From assembly GCA_025964065.1 (NCBI GenBank), contig JAOPZO010000087.1:1-33736 (forward strand): DNA of 33,736 nt, read 5' to 3'. Below the pieces are notes generated by a model, which saw only the letters and a program-made list of their open reading frames with translations, made no database searches and was not told the DNA's origin. The DNA is from Solirubrobacterales bacterium (lineage in GTDB: Bacteria > Actinomycetota > Thermoleophilia > Solirubrobacterales > Solirubrobacteraceae). The position numbers and the translations under genes are program-made. Of this stretch, positions 1 to 8,460 are shown piece after piece; the stretch's first letter is position 1; each line of letters opens with the position of its first letter.

Positions 1-319
1 GCGAGCGCGGCGTCGCGCGCCACGGCCTTGTCGCTGCCCAGGAAGCCGTCGGGACCGGGATCCCGAGACCATTCGCAGGAGCCGGCCCAGGAACGGGCGC
101 CGAGGATGTTCGGGTCGCTTCCCATGAGGACGGCCTGCGGCGCCGGGGCGCTGTTCGTGGTGCGGACCGCCTCCATCGCGCCGGACTCGAGCTGGAAGTC
201 GCAGCTCGGGAGCTGCGGGTCGGCGACCGCGACGTGGGTGACGACGGGGTCCTGCTGCTGCCGCCACCCCTCGAGGGCACGGGCCGTCGTGCCGGGATCG
301 AGGACGTTGCGCAGGCCAT
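1..319 (-). pseudogene. Decayed phosphotransferase (APH/kinase-like family) gene, runs off the window edge
   Basis: ATG at 319 lies 5 nt after the upstream TAG. One base out of frame the text reads LRNVLDPGTTARALEGW...VADPQLPS-CDFQLE..AMEAVRT...PAPQAVLMGSDPNILGA, and a second 1-nt shift would restore PFL. This resembles the N-lobe of actinobacterial APH-family proteins, recalled from memory. Confidence 0.5.
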
Positions 320-324
320 GTCCC

Positions 325-1383
325 CTACTTCGCGTCGGGGGAGGGGAGCATGGAGCGGCGGTAGTCACGTTCGATCACGCCGTAGCCGATCTCGCCGTCG
401 GGGGCGGTCACCCGCACGGTCCCCTGGGTCACGATCAGGGGGTCGTCCTCGGCGTCGTGGTGGGCGCCGTTGATGTTCTCGTTGGGCTCCAACAGCGTGA
501 GCGTGTAGCCGTGCAGCCACTCGGCGGCGAGCTCCTCGGCGCGGCCGCCCTCGCGGATCAGCGTCACGGTCAGCTGCCGCGGGCTGTGGGTCTCGATGTC
601 GTGGAGGCCGGTGATGCTGACGCCCGTGCCGGTCTCGCAGCGTCCGCCGACCTGGTCGGTGTAGATGCGGTGGTCGACCGTGGCGTCCCGCTTCCAGTTG
701 ACCAGGCCGTTGACGACGCGGCCACTTGTGGGGAACACGAAGACGAAGAAGTGCAGGCCGCCGAAGTCAAAGATGTGGCGCGGGCCGCTCGAGTGGTCGC
801 GGTGCGCGACCCCGTCGAGCGTCCACTCGCGGCCCTCGGACACGAGCGTGCCGGCGGTGCGCAGGCCCTGGGTGTGGTGGAACGCCGCCCAGCTGAGGTT
901 GTCGATGCCGAGCGCCCCGTGCATGTCCCACACGGGTGCCGCGGCCTCGAGCGCCACGTCGAAGCGGAACGCACGCGCGCGGCCGCTGCCGACGGGGCCC
1001 TCGGCCATACGCGCGAGGTCGGTCGGCTCCCCGGCGCCATCGAACCGCACGCGCCAGCGCTTGAGCGGCTCGACGCATTCGACGCGCAGGTTGCCCGTGG
1101 CCGGGCCGCGGTCGTCCTGGGCGCGCCCCCAGGAGCGGTCGACGAGCAGTTCGCCGTCCGGAAGCAGCGCGATGACCTGCCCCCACCACAGGTCCAGGTC
1201 CCCAGGCCAACGGCCGATGTGGATGAAGACGCCGACACCCGCCTCGGGGTTCCAGACGTGGAAGTACATCGTCTCGCTCCAGTCCGGCACGTCCGACCGC
1301 ACCTCGTGCAGCAGGTCGTGCTCCGGCAAGACCCCGAAGGGGTTCTCGCCCCCGAGGATCCGGTGCTCCTTCATCTGCGCCAT
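325..1383 (-). CDS. Uncharacterised Trp-rich, probably beta-rich protein (DUF7064/7065-like), 352 aa
   Basis: GAGGGAG RBS precedes ATG 1383. Motifs WSETMYFHVW, CVEPLKRWRVRFDG, HHTQ, AHRDHSSGPR and terminal GYGVIER are typical of these actinobacterial proteins. Confidence 0.65.
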   Translation of the reverse strand: MAQMKEHRILGGENPFGVLPEHDLLHEVRSDVPDWSETMYFHVWNPEAGVGVFIHIGRWPGDLDLWWGQVIALLPDGELLVDRSWGRAQDDRGPATGNLRVECVEPLKRWRVRFDGAGEPTDLARMAEGPVGSGRARAFRFDVALEAAAPVWDMHGALGIDNLSWAAFHHTQGLRTAGTLVSEGREWTLDGVAHRDHSSGPRHIFDFGGLHFFVFVFPTSGRVVNGLVNWKRDATVDHRIYTDQVGGRCETGTGVSITGLHDIETHSPRQLTVTLIREGGRAEELAAEWLHGYTLTLLEPNENINGAHHDAEDDPLIVTQGTVRVTAPDGEIGYGVIERDYRRSMLPSPDAK

Positions 1384-1540
1384 CCGGTTCTCCCTCTGAC
1401 CGCTCGCGTCGTCCGCCTTCTGGCCGGAGCGCGCGATGTGGCCGGGTACGTTGTCCGGACGCACCGTACCGGTGCGACAGCGCCCGAGAAGACGTCGCCG
1501 CCACGAGCGACGTGCGGGCGAAGTGACCTCGAGCGGACGT

Positions 1541-1560
1541 CGGTGGCGCCGGCGCCACCG
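1541..1560. repeat. Perfect 20-bp palindrome CGGTGGCGCCGGCGCCACCG in a divergent intergenic region
   Basis: The sequence equals its own reverse complement. Confidence 0.8.
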
Positions 1561-1622
1561 GCTCGCACCGCCTCCGCACCTCGCGAGGGCCATCTGCACC
1601 CGTCCGGCTCCTGCGCCGCCGC

Positions 1623-1654
1623 CTCACCGCAGGCTCACGGAGCCGCGTCATCCT
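1623..1654 (+). promoter_or_regulatory. CTCAC-N6-CTCAC direct repeat, then N10 and a -10-like CATCCT
   Basis: CTCAC at 1623 and 1634 (11-bp period), CATCCT at 1649-1654. Same geometry as the sites at 3836-3867 and 32009-32040. Confidence 0.55.
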
Positions 1655-1663
1655 GGGGGGACC

Positions 1664-2662
1664 GTGCCGCCGCCGCCTGAAGCCCGAACGCAAGACGCCC
1701 GCCGCCGTCGCCGGCTGCGGTGGGCGCTTGCGACGCTGATCGTCGTCGTCGTCGCCGGCGGACTCGCCGTCTCCCGCTACGGCCCGCGAACGGCGCCTCC
1801 CCCGACGCCGGTCGCCAACCGAGCCTTCACCTCGCCGCCGTCGCCCACCGCCCCCGCGGTCGTCTGGGCGGTCGGCGACGGCGCCGACGGTGGCGACGCG
1901 GCGCAGCGGCTCGCTCAGCGCATCGCCGCCGACCGCCCGGCTCGTCTGCTCTACCTCGGAGACGTGTACGAGCGCGGCTCGTCCGAGGACTTCCGCGAGG
2001 GCTACGGAACGGTCTACGGGCCGCTCGCCGCAGCGACCGCTCCCACCCCCGGGAACCATGAGTGGCCCGCTCACCGCGACGGCTACGACCCCTACTGGCG
2101 CGCACGCACCGGGACGGCGACACCGCCCTGGTACTCCTTCCGCATCGGCGGATGGCGGATCCTCAGCCTCAACAGCGAGGCCCCGCACGGCACGGGATCG
2201 GCGCAGCTCGCCTGGCTGCGCCGAGAGCTGCGCCGTGACGCGGGCACGTGCGCCCTCGCGTTCTGGCACCGACCGCTGCAGAGCGCCGGGCGCCACGGCG
2301 ACCAGGACGACGTCGCGCCGCTGTGGGACGCACTGCGCGGCAAGGCCTCGCTGGTCATCAACGCCCACGACCACGACTCGCAGCGCTTCCGGGCGCGGGA
2401 CGGCATCGTCGAGTACGTCGCCGGCGCGGGGGGGAAGAGCCGCTACGGGCTCGGGGACGACCCGCGGCTGGCCTTCGGCGACGACGAGCACGACGCCGCG
2501 CTGCGCCTGGAGTTGCGCGGTGGCGCGGCGACGCTGGCGTTCGTCTCCTCGGAGGGCGACATCCTCGACCGTTCCACCGTCACCTGCCGGCCTGAGCCCG
2601 GGAAACGCACCGGTGCCGGGACGCCCGGGCCGCGGCGCCCGGACGAGACGCCGGAGCGATAG
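1664..2662 (+). CDS. Secreted or membrane-anchored metallophosphoesterase (calcineurin-like / purple acid phosphatase fold)
   Basis: Metal-ligand motifs AVGD, LGDVY, PGNHE, FWHRP and AHDH. N-terminal Arg-rich segment plus hydrophobic helix and Pro-rich linker. The GTG start at 1664 is inferred. Confidence 0.85.
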   Translation: MPPPPEARTQDARRRRRLRWALATLIVVVVAGGLAVSRYGPRTAPPPTPVANRAFTSPPSPTAPAVVWAVGDGADGGDAAQRLAQRIAADRPARLLYLGDVYERGSSEDFREGYGTVYGPLAAATAPTPGNHEWPAHRDGYDPYWRARTGTATPPWYSFRIGGWRILSLNSEAPHGTGSAQLAWLRRELRRDAGTCALAFWHRPLQSAGRHGDQDDVAPLWDALRGKASLVINAHDHDSQRFRARDGIVEYVAGAGGKSRYGLGDDPRLAFGDDEHDAALRLELRGGAATLAFVSSEGDILDRSTVTCRPEPGKRTGAGTPGPRRPDETPER

Positions 2663-2722
2663 TCGCCGCGATGGCCTGGCCACGCCCACGGGGTGCTCAT
2701 GTTCCTCGGGCCTTCACGGGAT

Positions 2723-2746
2723 ACGGGGTGCGGCGCTGCGCCCCGT
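2723..2746. terminator. GC-rich hairpin between convergent genes, possible terminator
   Basis: ACGGGGTGCG-GCGC-TGCGCCCCGT stem with G-T pairs and no U-tract. Confidence 0.3.
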
Positions 2747-2794
2747 CGAGCGGTTCGGCTGCGGCGAGGATCGGTGAGACCGACGTGACGCTCT

Positions 2795-3118
2795 GGACCA
2801 GCGCGCAGGCGGTGCCCGGCCCCGCGCACCGTGCAGCTCCTTCACCGGCCGCTCGACCTCCTCGCCGGCCGCTGCACGCGGTGGGTCGCGAGGTCCGGTC
2901 CCCGGCCCGGAGCTCGTCGGTCTCGGTGGTCGGCTGCGTCGATCCAGCGCGAGCAGCTCACCGAAGTCGAAGGGCTTGACGAGGGAGTCGTCGGCGCCCG
3001 TGGCCAGGCCCGCGATGCGGTGCTCGGCGGCATCGCGCGCGGTCAGCATGAGGATCGGCGTCGCGAGCGGGACTTCGTCCTCGACGATCAGCACGCGCAC
3101 GCGCACGCGCACGCGCAC
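2795..3118 (-). pseudogene. Internally deleted, frameshifted OmpR-family response regulator remnant
   Basis: Collinear fragments in shifting frames: [13 protein letters not shown] | [38 protein letters not shown] | DLATHRVQR | [11 protein letters not shown] | [11 protein letters not shown]. The phospho-acceptor Asp region and most of the winged helix are missing. Confidence 0.85.
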
Positions 3119-3828
3119 GCGGGACGCGTCCCGCCTGCGCCGGACACGGGCCGGCCGCCGTCCGCGCGCAGGCGGTAGCCCGCGCCGCGGACGGTCTCCA
3201 GCGAGTCGACGGCAAAGGGTCGGTCGATCTTCTCGCGCAGGTAGCGGACGTATACGTCCACGACGTTCGAGCGGTTCTCGTAGTCGTCGTCCCAGGCATG
3301 CTCGATGAGCTGCAGGCGGTCGAGGACGTCGCCCGGGCGGCGCATGAACGTCTGCAGCAGCGCGAACTCCTTGGTGGAGAGCGAGATGTCCCTGGCGCCA
3401 CGCCGCACGCGCCGGGAGGCGGGATCGAGCACGAGGTCGCCGACGGTGAGCACCGAGGGGCGCTCGACGGGTCCGCGGCGCACCAGGGCGCGCAGCCGGG
3501 CGCCGAGCTCGGCGAAGGAGAACGGCTTGTTCAGGTAGTCGTCGGCGCCGCCGTCGAGTCCTGCGACCCGGTCCTCGACGGCGTCGCGAGCGGTGAGCAT
3601 CAGGATGGGGATCCAGACGCCGTCGGCGCGGAGGCGCCGGCACGTCTCGAAGCCGTCGATGCCCGGGAGCATGACGTCGAGGATGACCGCGTCGTACGCC
3701 GTCGAGCCGGCCATCCACAGCGCGTCCTCGCCCTTGATCGCGACGTCGGCGGCCATCCCGTCAGCCATCAGACCCCGCCGGAGGAGGCCCGCCATCTTGA
3801 TCTCGTCCTCGACGACCAGCACGCGCAT
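3088..3828 (-). CDS. OmpR/PhoB-family two-component response regulator, 246 aa
   Basis: [37 protein letters not shown] and winged helix [16 protein letters not shown]...[10 protein letters not shown]. Confidence 0.95.
   Translation of the reverse strand: MRVLVVEDEIKMAGLLRRGLMADGMAADVAIKGEDALWMAGSTAYDAVILDVMLPGIDGFETCRRLRADGVWIPILMLTARDAVEDRVAGLDGGADDYLNKPFSFAELGARLRALVRRGPVERPSVLTVGDLVLDPASRRVRRGARDISLSTKEFALLQTFMRRPGDVLDRLQLIEHAWDDDYENRSNVVDVYVRYLREKIDRPFAVDSLETVRGAGYRLRADGGRPVSGAGGTRPACACACACAC
3091..3120. repeat. Perfect hexamer tandem repeat (GCACGC)x5
   Basis: Read directly. It encodes ACACACACAC in the intact regulator frame and VRVRVRVRV in the remnant frame. Confidence 0.95.
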
Positions 3829-3835
3829 GTGCCGC

Positions 3836-3867
3836 ACCGTCCCAGGCCCGGATGAGTGCCGGATGAG
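3836..3867 (-). promoter_or_regulatory. CTCAT-N6-CTCAT direct repeat, then N10 and -10-like GACGGT; probable leaderless autoregulated promoter
   Basis: Minus strand reads GGCGCTCATCC GGCACTCATCC (11-bp period). GACGGT lies 7 nt before ATG 3828 and there is no RBS. Confidence 0.6.
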
Positions 3868-3915
3868 CGCCACGGGGCAGGCCCGCCGTCCTCGGCCAGA
3901 TGCGTGGCGCTCATC
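3862..3915. repeat. 13-bp perfect inverted repeat, extendable imperfectly to about 22 bp (3852-3924)
   Basis: GATGAGCGCCACG (3862-3874) and CGTGGCGCTCATC (3903-3915). Confidence 0.8.
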
Positions 3916-4011
3916 GGCGCTCATGGCCGCCTCACGGGCCGTCGGGCGCGGCCCCGCGACGAACGCGACGTGTCGTCGGTGCCGAGGGTCAGGGCACCCG
4001 CCGGGGCACGG

Positions 4012-5136
4012 TCAGTGCGGCGAGCGCACGGCGATGCCGCCGAGCTGGGCTCGGTGCGGGTCGAAGGCCCTGAGCTCGGCCGGCGGCTCACCCGCGTTGA
4101 GCCAGCCCGCCAGCGCCGCGCCCACCGACGGCCCCGTCTTGAAGCCCGTGCCGCTCCATCCGCAGCAGCACCAGAGGCCGTCGATGTTCGTCGGCCCGAC
4201 GAGCGGCAGGCCGTCCGGGGTCATGTCGAGCATCCCGGCGCGCGTGGAGAGCACCCGCGCGCCGGCGGCGCCGGGAAGCCGACGCACGAGCCGCTCCCGT
4301 GCGTCCGCGACGAACCCGTCGTCGACAGCCGGGAGGGGCGAGTCCGTGCGCGCCAGCGGCTCATCGGTCCAGGTTCGGCGGCCGACGAGCGTTCCGCCCA
4401 CCCCGTCCGGGCGCAGGTAGGTCCCGTTCGGCGCGTCGATCACGGCCAGATGCGTCTCGACGTGCCGCTCGAACACCGCGAGCTTCACCGCGGTCGGCTG
4501 CAGCGGGAGGTCGAGCCCGACCGTCGCTGCGAGCTCGGCCGAGGCCGCACCGGCGCAGAGCACGGTCCGCCCCGCCTCCAGGACCGCGCCATCGCGCAGG
4601 CGGGCGCCCCCTCCGGGCAGCAGCCGCTCGACCGGGCGCCGCTCGTGCATCACGGCGCCGGCGGCAACGGCGGCGCCGGCCAGGGCCGCGCAGGTGAGGG
4701 CGGGCGACGCATAGCCCGAGCGCGGCTCCCAGGCGACCGCTTCGGCGTCCTCCACGCGGACGGCGGCATCGATCGACCGGAGCTCGCCCGGGGTGCGCAG
4801 CTCGGTCTCGACACCCACCGCCTGGAGCATGGCGATCCGCGCGCCGAGGTCCTCGTGCGGTTCGGGCACGTAGGCGAACCCCGTGCGGGTGAAGCCCGCG
4901 GAGGCGCCGTAGCGCTCCTCGAAGGTCTCGAAGTGCTCGAGCCCCTCGAGCGCCAGCGCGGCCGAGGACGCGTCCGCGTAGTGGGTACGGATGAGCGCGC
5001 CCGACTGCTGCGTGCTGCGCTGTCCGCCGAGCGGGCCCGCGTCCACGAGCGTCGTCTGCAGCCCGGCCCTCGCGGCGTGGACGGCGAGCGCGAGGCCCGT
5101 GATGCCCCCGCCGACGACGAGCAGGTCGCTGCTCAC
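4012..5136 (-). CDS. FAD-dependent oxidoreductase (DAO / sarcosine oxidase beta / MgdA-like), candidate N-methylglutamate oxidase, 374 aa
   Basis: VVGGGITG dinucleotide-binding motif, STQQSGALIR, DMTPDGLPLVG and GWSGTGFKTGP. GTGA overlap with the gmaS stop codon. Confidence 0.85.
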   Translation of the reverse strand: MSSDLLVVGGGITGLALAVHAARAGLQTTLVDAGPLGGQRSTQQSGALIRTHYADASSAALALEGLEHFETFEERYGASAGFTRTGFAYVPEPHEDLGARIAMLQAVGVETELRTPGELRSIDAAVRVEDAEAVAWEPRSGYASPALTCAALAGAAVAAGAVMHERRPVERLLPGGGARLRDGAVLEAGRTVLCAGAASAELAATVGLDLPLQPTAVKLAVFERHVETHLAVIDAPNGTYLRPDGVGGTLVGRRTWTDEPLARTDSPLPAVDDGFVADARERLVRRLPGAAGARVLSTRAGMLDMTPDGLPLVGPTNIDGLWCCCGWSGTGFKTGPSVGAALAGWLNAGEPPAELRAFDPHRAQLGGIAVRSPH

Positions 5137-6467
5137 GTTCGGCGGAGGTAGGTGTCCTGCTCGAAGCGCGAGACGCTCCCCATGTACGCACCCCACTCCA
5201 CGCGCTTGACGGCGATGAACTCGGCGATGGCCTCCTCCCCGATCGCTTCGCGGAGCACCGCGTCGACCTCGAGCGCGTCGAGCGCCTCGGCGAGCGTGCG
5301 CGGCAGCGTCTCCGCTCCCAGAGGCGAGGCGACGCCGTCGACGGGCGCGCCGGCGTCGAGGCGCCGCTCCACGCCGTCGAGACCCGCGGCGATGATTCCC
5401 GCCAGCGCGAGGTACGGGTTGCACGAGCCGTCGATCGCGCGGTCCTCGAAGCGCCCGGGGCCGGGGACGCGGAGCATGGTCGTCCGGTTGTTGCCACCGA
5501 AGACGATCGCGTTCGGGGACCACGTCGCGCCGGAGCTGCCGCCGCCGGAGTGCAGGCGCCTGTAGGAGTTGACGGTGGGCATCGTGAGCGCCGCGAGCGC
5601 GCGCCCGTGCGCGAGGACGCCGGCCAGGAACGCGTAGGCGGTCCGGGAGAGTCCGAGCCCGCGCGGGTCGTCCTCCTCGAGGAACGCGTTGGCGCCCTCG
5701 AGGTCCAGGCACGAGAGGTGGACGTGCGCGCCCGAGCCGGTCAGCCCGGCCATCGGCTTGGGCATGAAGGTCGCGATGACGCCGTGCGCGTCGGCGATGT
5801 CGGCGATCATCGTCCGGAGCAGCATGAAGCGATCGGCCGTGGTGAGCGCGTCGGCGAAGCCGAAGTTGATCTCGAACTGGCCGTTGCCGTCCTCGTGGTC
5901 CAGGGCGCTCACGCCCCAGCCGAGCTCCTCCATCATGTCCACCATCGCGGTGACGACCGGCGCGGCGCGCAGCAGCGCCTTGAGGTCGTAGCAGGGCTTG
6001 TCGAGGCGGTCGAGCGCGTCAAACGGCTCGAGCCCGCCGTCCGGGGTGGACCGCAGGAGGTAGAACTCGGGCTCGATGCCCACCATGGGCGCGAGGCCCA
6101 TGGCCGCCGCCCGGTCCTGCACCCGGCGGAGTGTCGCCCGGGCATCCCCCGTGGCGATCTGATCGCCGTCCATCACGGTCGAGAAGGCGATGCCCATCTC
6201 GGGCCGGTGCGGCAGGACGGTGAGGGTCGAGGAGTCGGGCACGGCGCGGAACTCCGGGTGCTCGGGGCCGCGGGCGAAGCCGTGGTTGGCGAACGCGGCG
6301 AAGCCCGCCCCCGCGCCGGGGCGACAGGTCGCCTCCCAGGCTGCGGCGGGGACGATCTTCGCCTTGGCGGCGCCGTGGACGTCGACCCATTGCACGGCCA
6401 CGTAGCGCACCCCGTCGGGCAGCGGCTGGAGCACCGCGGGCGTCGCGCTGCTGATCTCGGTGGTCAT
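5133..6467 (-). CDS. gmaS: GlnT-type glutamate-amine ligase / gamma-glutamylmethylamide synthetase, 444 aa
   Basis: GIEPEFYLL, DKPCYD, DHEDGNGQFEINF, ATFMPKP, GSGAHVHLS, NNRTTMLR, EDRAIDGSCNPYL. ATGA-coupled to mgsC. Confidence 0.85.
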   Translation of the reverse strand: MTTEISSATPAVLQPLPDGVRYVAVQWVDVHGAAKAKIVPAAAWEATCRPGAGAGFAAFANHGFARGPEHPEFRAVPDSSTLTVLPHRPEMGIAFSTVMDGDQIATGDARATLRRVQDRAAAMGLAPMVGIEPEFYLLRSTPDGGLEPFDALDRLDKPCYDLKALLRAAPVVTAMVDMMEELGWGVSALDHEDGNGQFEINFGFADALTTADRFMLLRTMIADIADAHGVIATFMPKPMAGLTGSGAHVHLSCLDLEGANAFLEEDDPRGLGLSRTAYAFLAGVLAHGRALAALTMPTVNSYRRLHSGGGSSGATWSPNAIVFGGNNRTTMLRVPGPGRFEDRAIDGSCNPYLALAGIIAAGLDGVERRLDAGAPVDGVASPLGAETLPRTLAEALDALEVDAVLREAIGEEAIAEFIAVKRVEWGAYMGSVSRFEQDTYLRRT

Positions 6468-7774
6468 GCGGGCGTGTCCTTTCCGGGGATCCAGGTCGTG
6501 CCCGCGAGGGGGACGCGCGCCATGGCGGCGGCCTCCACCGTGAGCGCGACGAGGTCCTCGGGTTCGAGGTTGTGAAGGTGGGATTTCCCGCAGGCGCGGG
6601 CGATGGTCTGCGCTTCGAGCGCGAGGACGCGCAGGTAGTTCGCGATGCGGCGCGCGCCCTCCGCCGGGTCGAGCCGGGCGGCGAGCTCCGGATCCTGCGT
6701 GGAGATGCCGGCGGGGTCGCGGCCCTCGTGCCAGGCGTCGTAGGCGCCGGGAACCGTCCCCATCGCGGCGTACTCCTCGGACCACCGGACGCTGTTGTCC
6801 CCCAGAGCGATCAGCGCGCCGACGCCGATGGAGACGGCGTCGGCGCCAAGCGCGATCGCCTTGGCCACGTCGGCACCCGTGCGGATGCCGCCCGAGACGA
6901 TGAGCTGCACGCCCCCGCGGTGGACCCCGAGCTCCTTGAGCGCCTCGACGGCGGGAGGCAGCGCGGCCAGCGTCGGGATCCCGACGTTCTCGATGAAGAC
7001 CGCCTGGGTGGCCGCGGTACCGCCCTGCATGCCGTCGAGCACGACGACGTCGGCGCCCGCCTTCACCGCCAGGGCGACGTCGTAGTACGGACGCGAGGCC
7101 CCCACCTTCACGAAGATCGGCACCCGCCAGCCCGTGATCTCGCGCAGCTCCTGGAGCTTGATCGCGAGGTCGTCCGGACCGGTCCAGTCGGGGTGGCGGC
7201 AGGCGCTGCGCTGGTCGATCCCGACGGGCAGGTCGCGCATCGCGGCGACCCGCTCCGAGAGCTTCTGACCGAGGAGCATGCCGCCACCGCCGGGCTTCGC
7301 ACCCTGCCCGACGACGACCTCGATCGCGTCGGCGCGGCGCAGGTCGTCCGGGTTCATCCCGTAGCGCGACGGCAGGTACTGGTAGACGAGCTTGTCCGAC
7401 GCCTCGCGCTCCTCGGCCGTCATGCCGCCGTCGCCGGTCGTGGTGCTCGTCCCGACCAGGCTCGCGCCGCGACCGAGCGCCTCCTTGGCGGGGGCGGACA
7501 GCGCGCCGAAGCTCATGCCCGCGATCGTCACCGGGATGTCGAGCACGACGGGCTCGCGGGCGTGCCGGGCGCCGAGGACGACGTCGGTGCCGCAGGCCTC
7601 GCGGTAGCCCTCGAGCGGGTAGCGCGACATGCTCGCGCCCAGGAACAGCAGGTCGTCGAAGTGCGGGACACGGCGCTTGGCCCCGGCACCGCGGATCGCG
7701 TAGATCCCCTCGTCCGCCGCGCGCTGGATCTCCGCGATCGTCGCCGCGTCGAAGGTCGCTGACATGCCGCTCAT
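6464..7774 (-). CDS. mgsC: FMN-binding glutamate synthase-like subunit (N-methylglutamate synthase C / GlxD), 436 aa
   Basis: HFDDLLFLGASMSRYPLEGYRE, AGMSFGALS, GQGAKPGGGGMLLGQK, SACRHPDWTGPDDL, DGMQGGT. ATGA overlap with mgsB. Confidence 0.9.
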   Translation of the reverse strand: MSGMSATFDAATIAEIQRAADEGIYAIRGAGAKRRVPHFDDLLFLGASMSRYPLEGYREACGTDVVLGARHAREPVVLDIPVTIAGMSFGALSAPAKEALGRGASLVGTSTTTGDGGMTAEEREASDKLVYQYLPSRYGMNPDDLRRADAIEVVVGQGAKPGGGGMLLGQKLSERVAAMRDLPVGIDQRSACRHPDWTGPDDLAIKLQELREITGWRVPIFVKVGASRPYYDVALAVKAGADVVVLDGMQGGTAATQAVFIENVGIPTLAALPPAVEALKELGVHRGGVQLIVSGGIRTGADVAKAIALGADAVSIGVGALIALGDNSVRWSEEYAAMGTVPGAYDAWHEGRDPAGISTQDPELAARLDPAEGARRIANYLRVLALEAQTIARACGKSHLHNLEPEDLVALTVEAAAMARVPLAGTTWIPGKDTPA

Positions 7775-8460
7775 GACGTGCTCCAGTGGTAGAGCGCCCG
7801 GGCCGATCCGTACCGGCGGATCGCGGAGGCGTCGACGCCGGTCAGCCCCGCTTCGGCGAGGAGCGCGCCGACCTCCGCGCGGTGATCGTCGGCCATCGGC
7901 TTCTCCACGCAGTCCGCGCCGAGCCCGGCGACGTCGCCGCGGACGTAGAGCCGTGCCTCGTAGATGGAGTCGCCCAGACCGTCGCCCGCGTCGCCGAGCA
8001 CGAGCACCCGGCCCTTCTGGGCCATGAAGGCCGACGCGTGCCCCACGGATCCCGCGATCACCACGTCGGCGCCCTTCAGGGAGATCGCGCACCGCGCCGC
8101 GGCGCTGCCCCGGACGACGAGCAGGCCGCCGTGCGCGGTCGCCGCGGCCGACTGCCCGGCGTCGCCGGCCACCTCGACGCGGCCGGACATCATGTTCTCC
8201 GCGACGCCCACGCCGACGTTCCCTCTCACGCGCACCGAGGCTCGCTGGTTCATCCCGGCGCAGTAGTAGCCGGCGTGCCCGTCGACCTCGACATCGATCC
8301 GGGCGGTGAGGCCCGCCGCCAGCGCGTGCTCGCCCGCCGGCCCGGCGATGCGGAAGCGATGCCCGTCGGCCGCGGCCTGCAGCACCGCGTTCACGTCCCG
8401 GGTCGTCCTCGCCACGCGATCCAGCGTGACCACGGTCGACGGGGCGTCGAGCGTGCTCAC
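7771..8460 (-). CDS. mgsB: GXGXG beta-helix subunit (N-methylglutamate synthase B / GlxC), 229 aa
   Basis: GHAGYYCAGMNQ, GVAENMMSG, SVGHASAFMAQ, GDSIYEA, RRYGSARALYHW. GTGA overlap with mgsA. Confidence 0.9.
   Translation of the reverse strand: MSTLDAPSTVVTLDRVARTTRDVNAVLQAAADGHRFRIAGPAGEHALAAGLTARIDVEVDGHAGYYCAGMNQRASVRVRGNVGVGVAENMMSGRVEVAGDAGQSAAATAHGGLLVVRGSAAARCAISLKGADVVIAGSVGHASAFMAQKGRVLVLGDAGDGLGDSIYEARLYVRGDVAGLGADCVEKPMADDHRAEVGALLAEAGLTGVDASAIRRYGSARALYHWSTS

Noticed and set aside
28-1680. Long alternative-frame and antisense ORFs (e.g. 28..1680, 767..2689, 12252..14231, 28766..31021)
   Set aside because: These are Arg/Pro/Gly-rich shadow frames expected in very high-GC DNA, and each overlaps a gene with clear family motifs.
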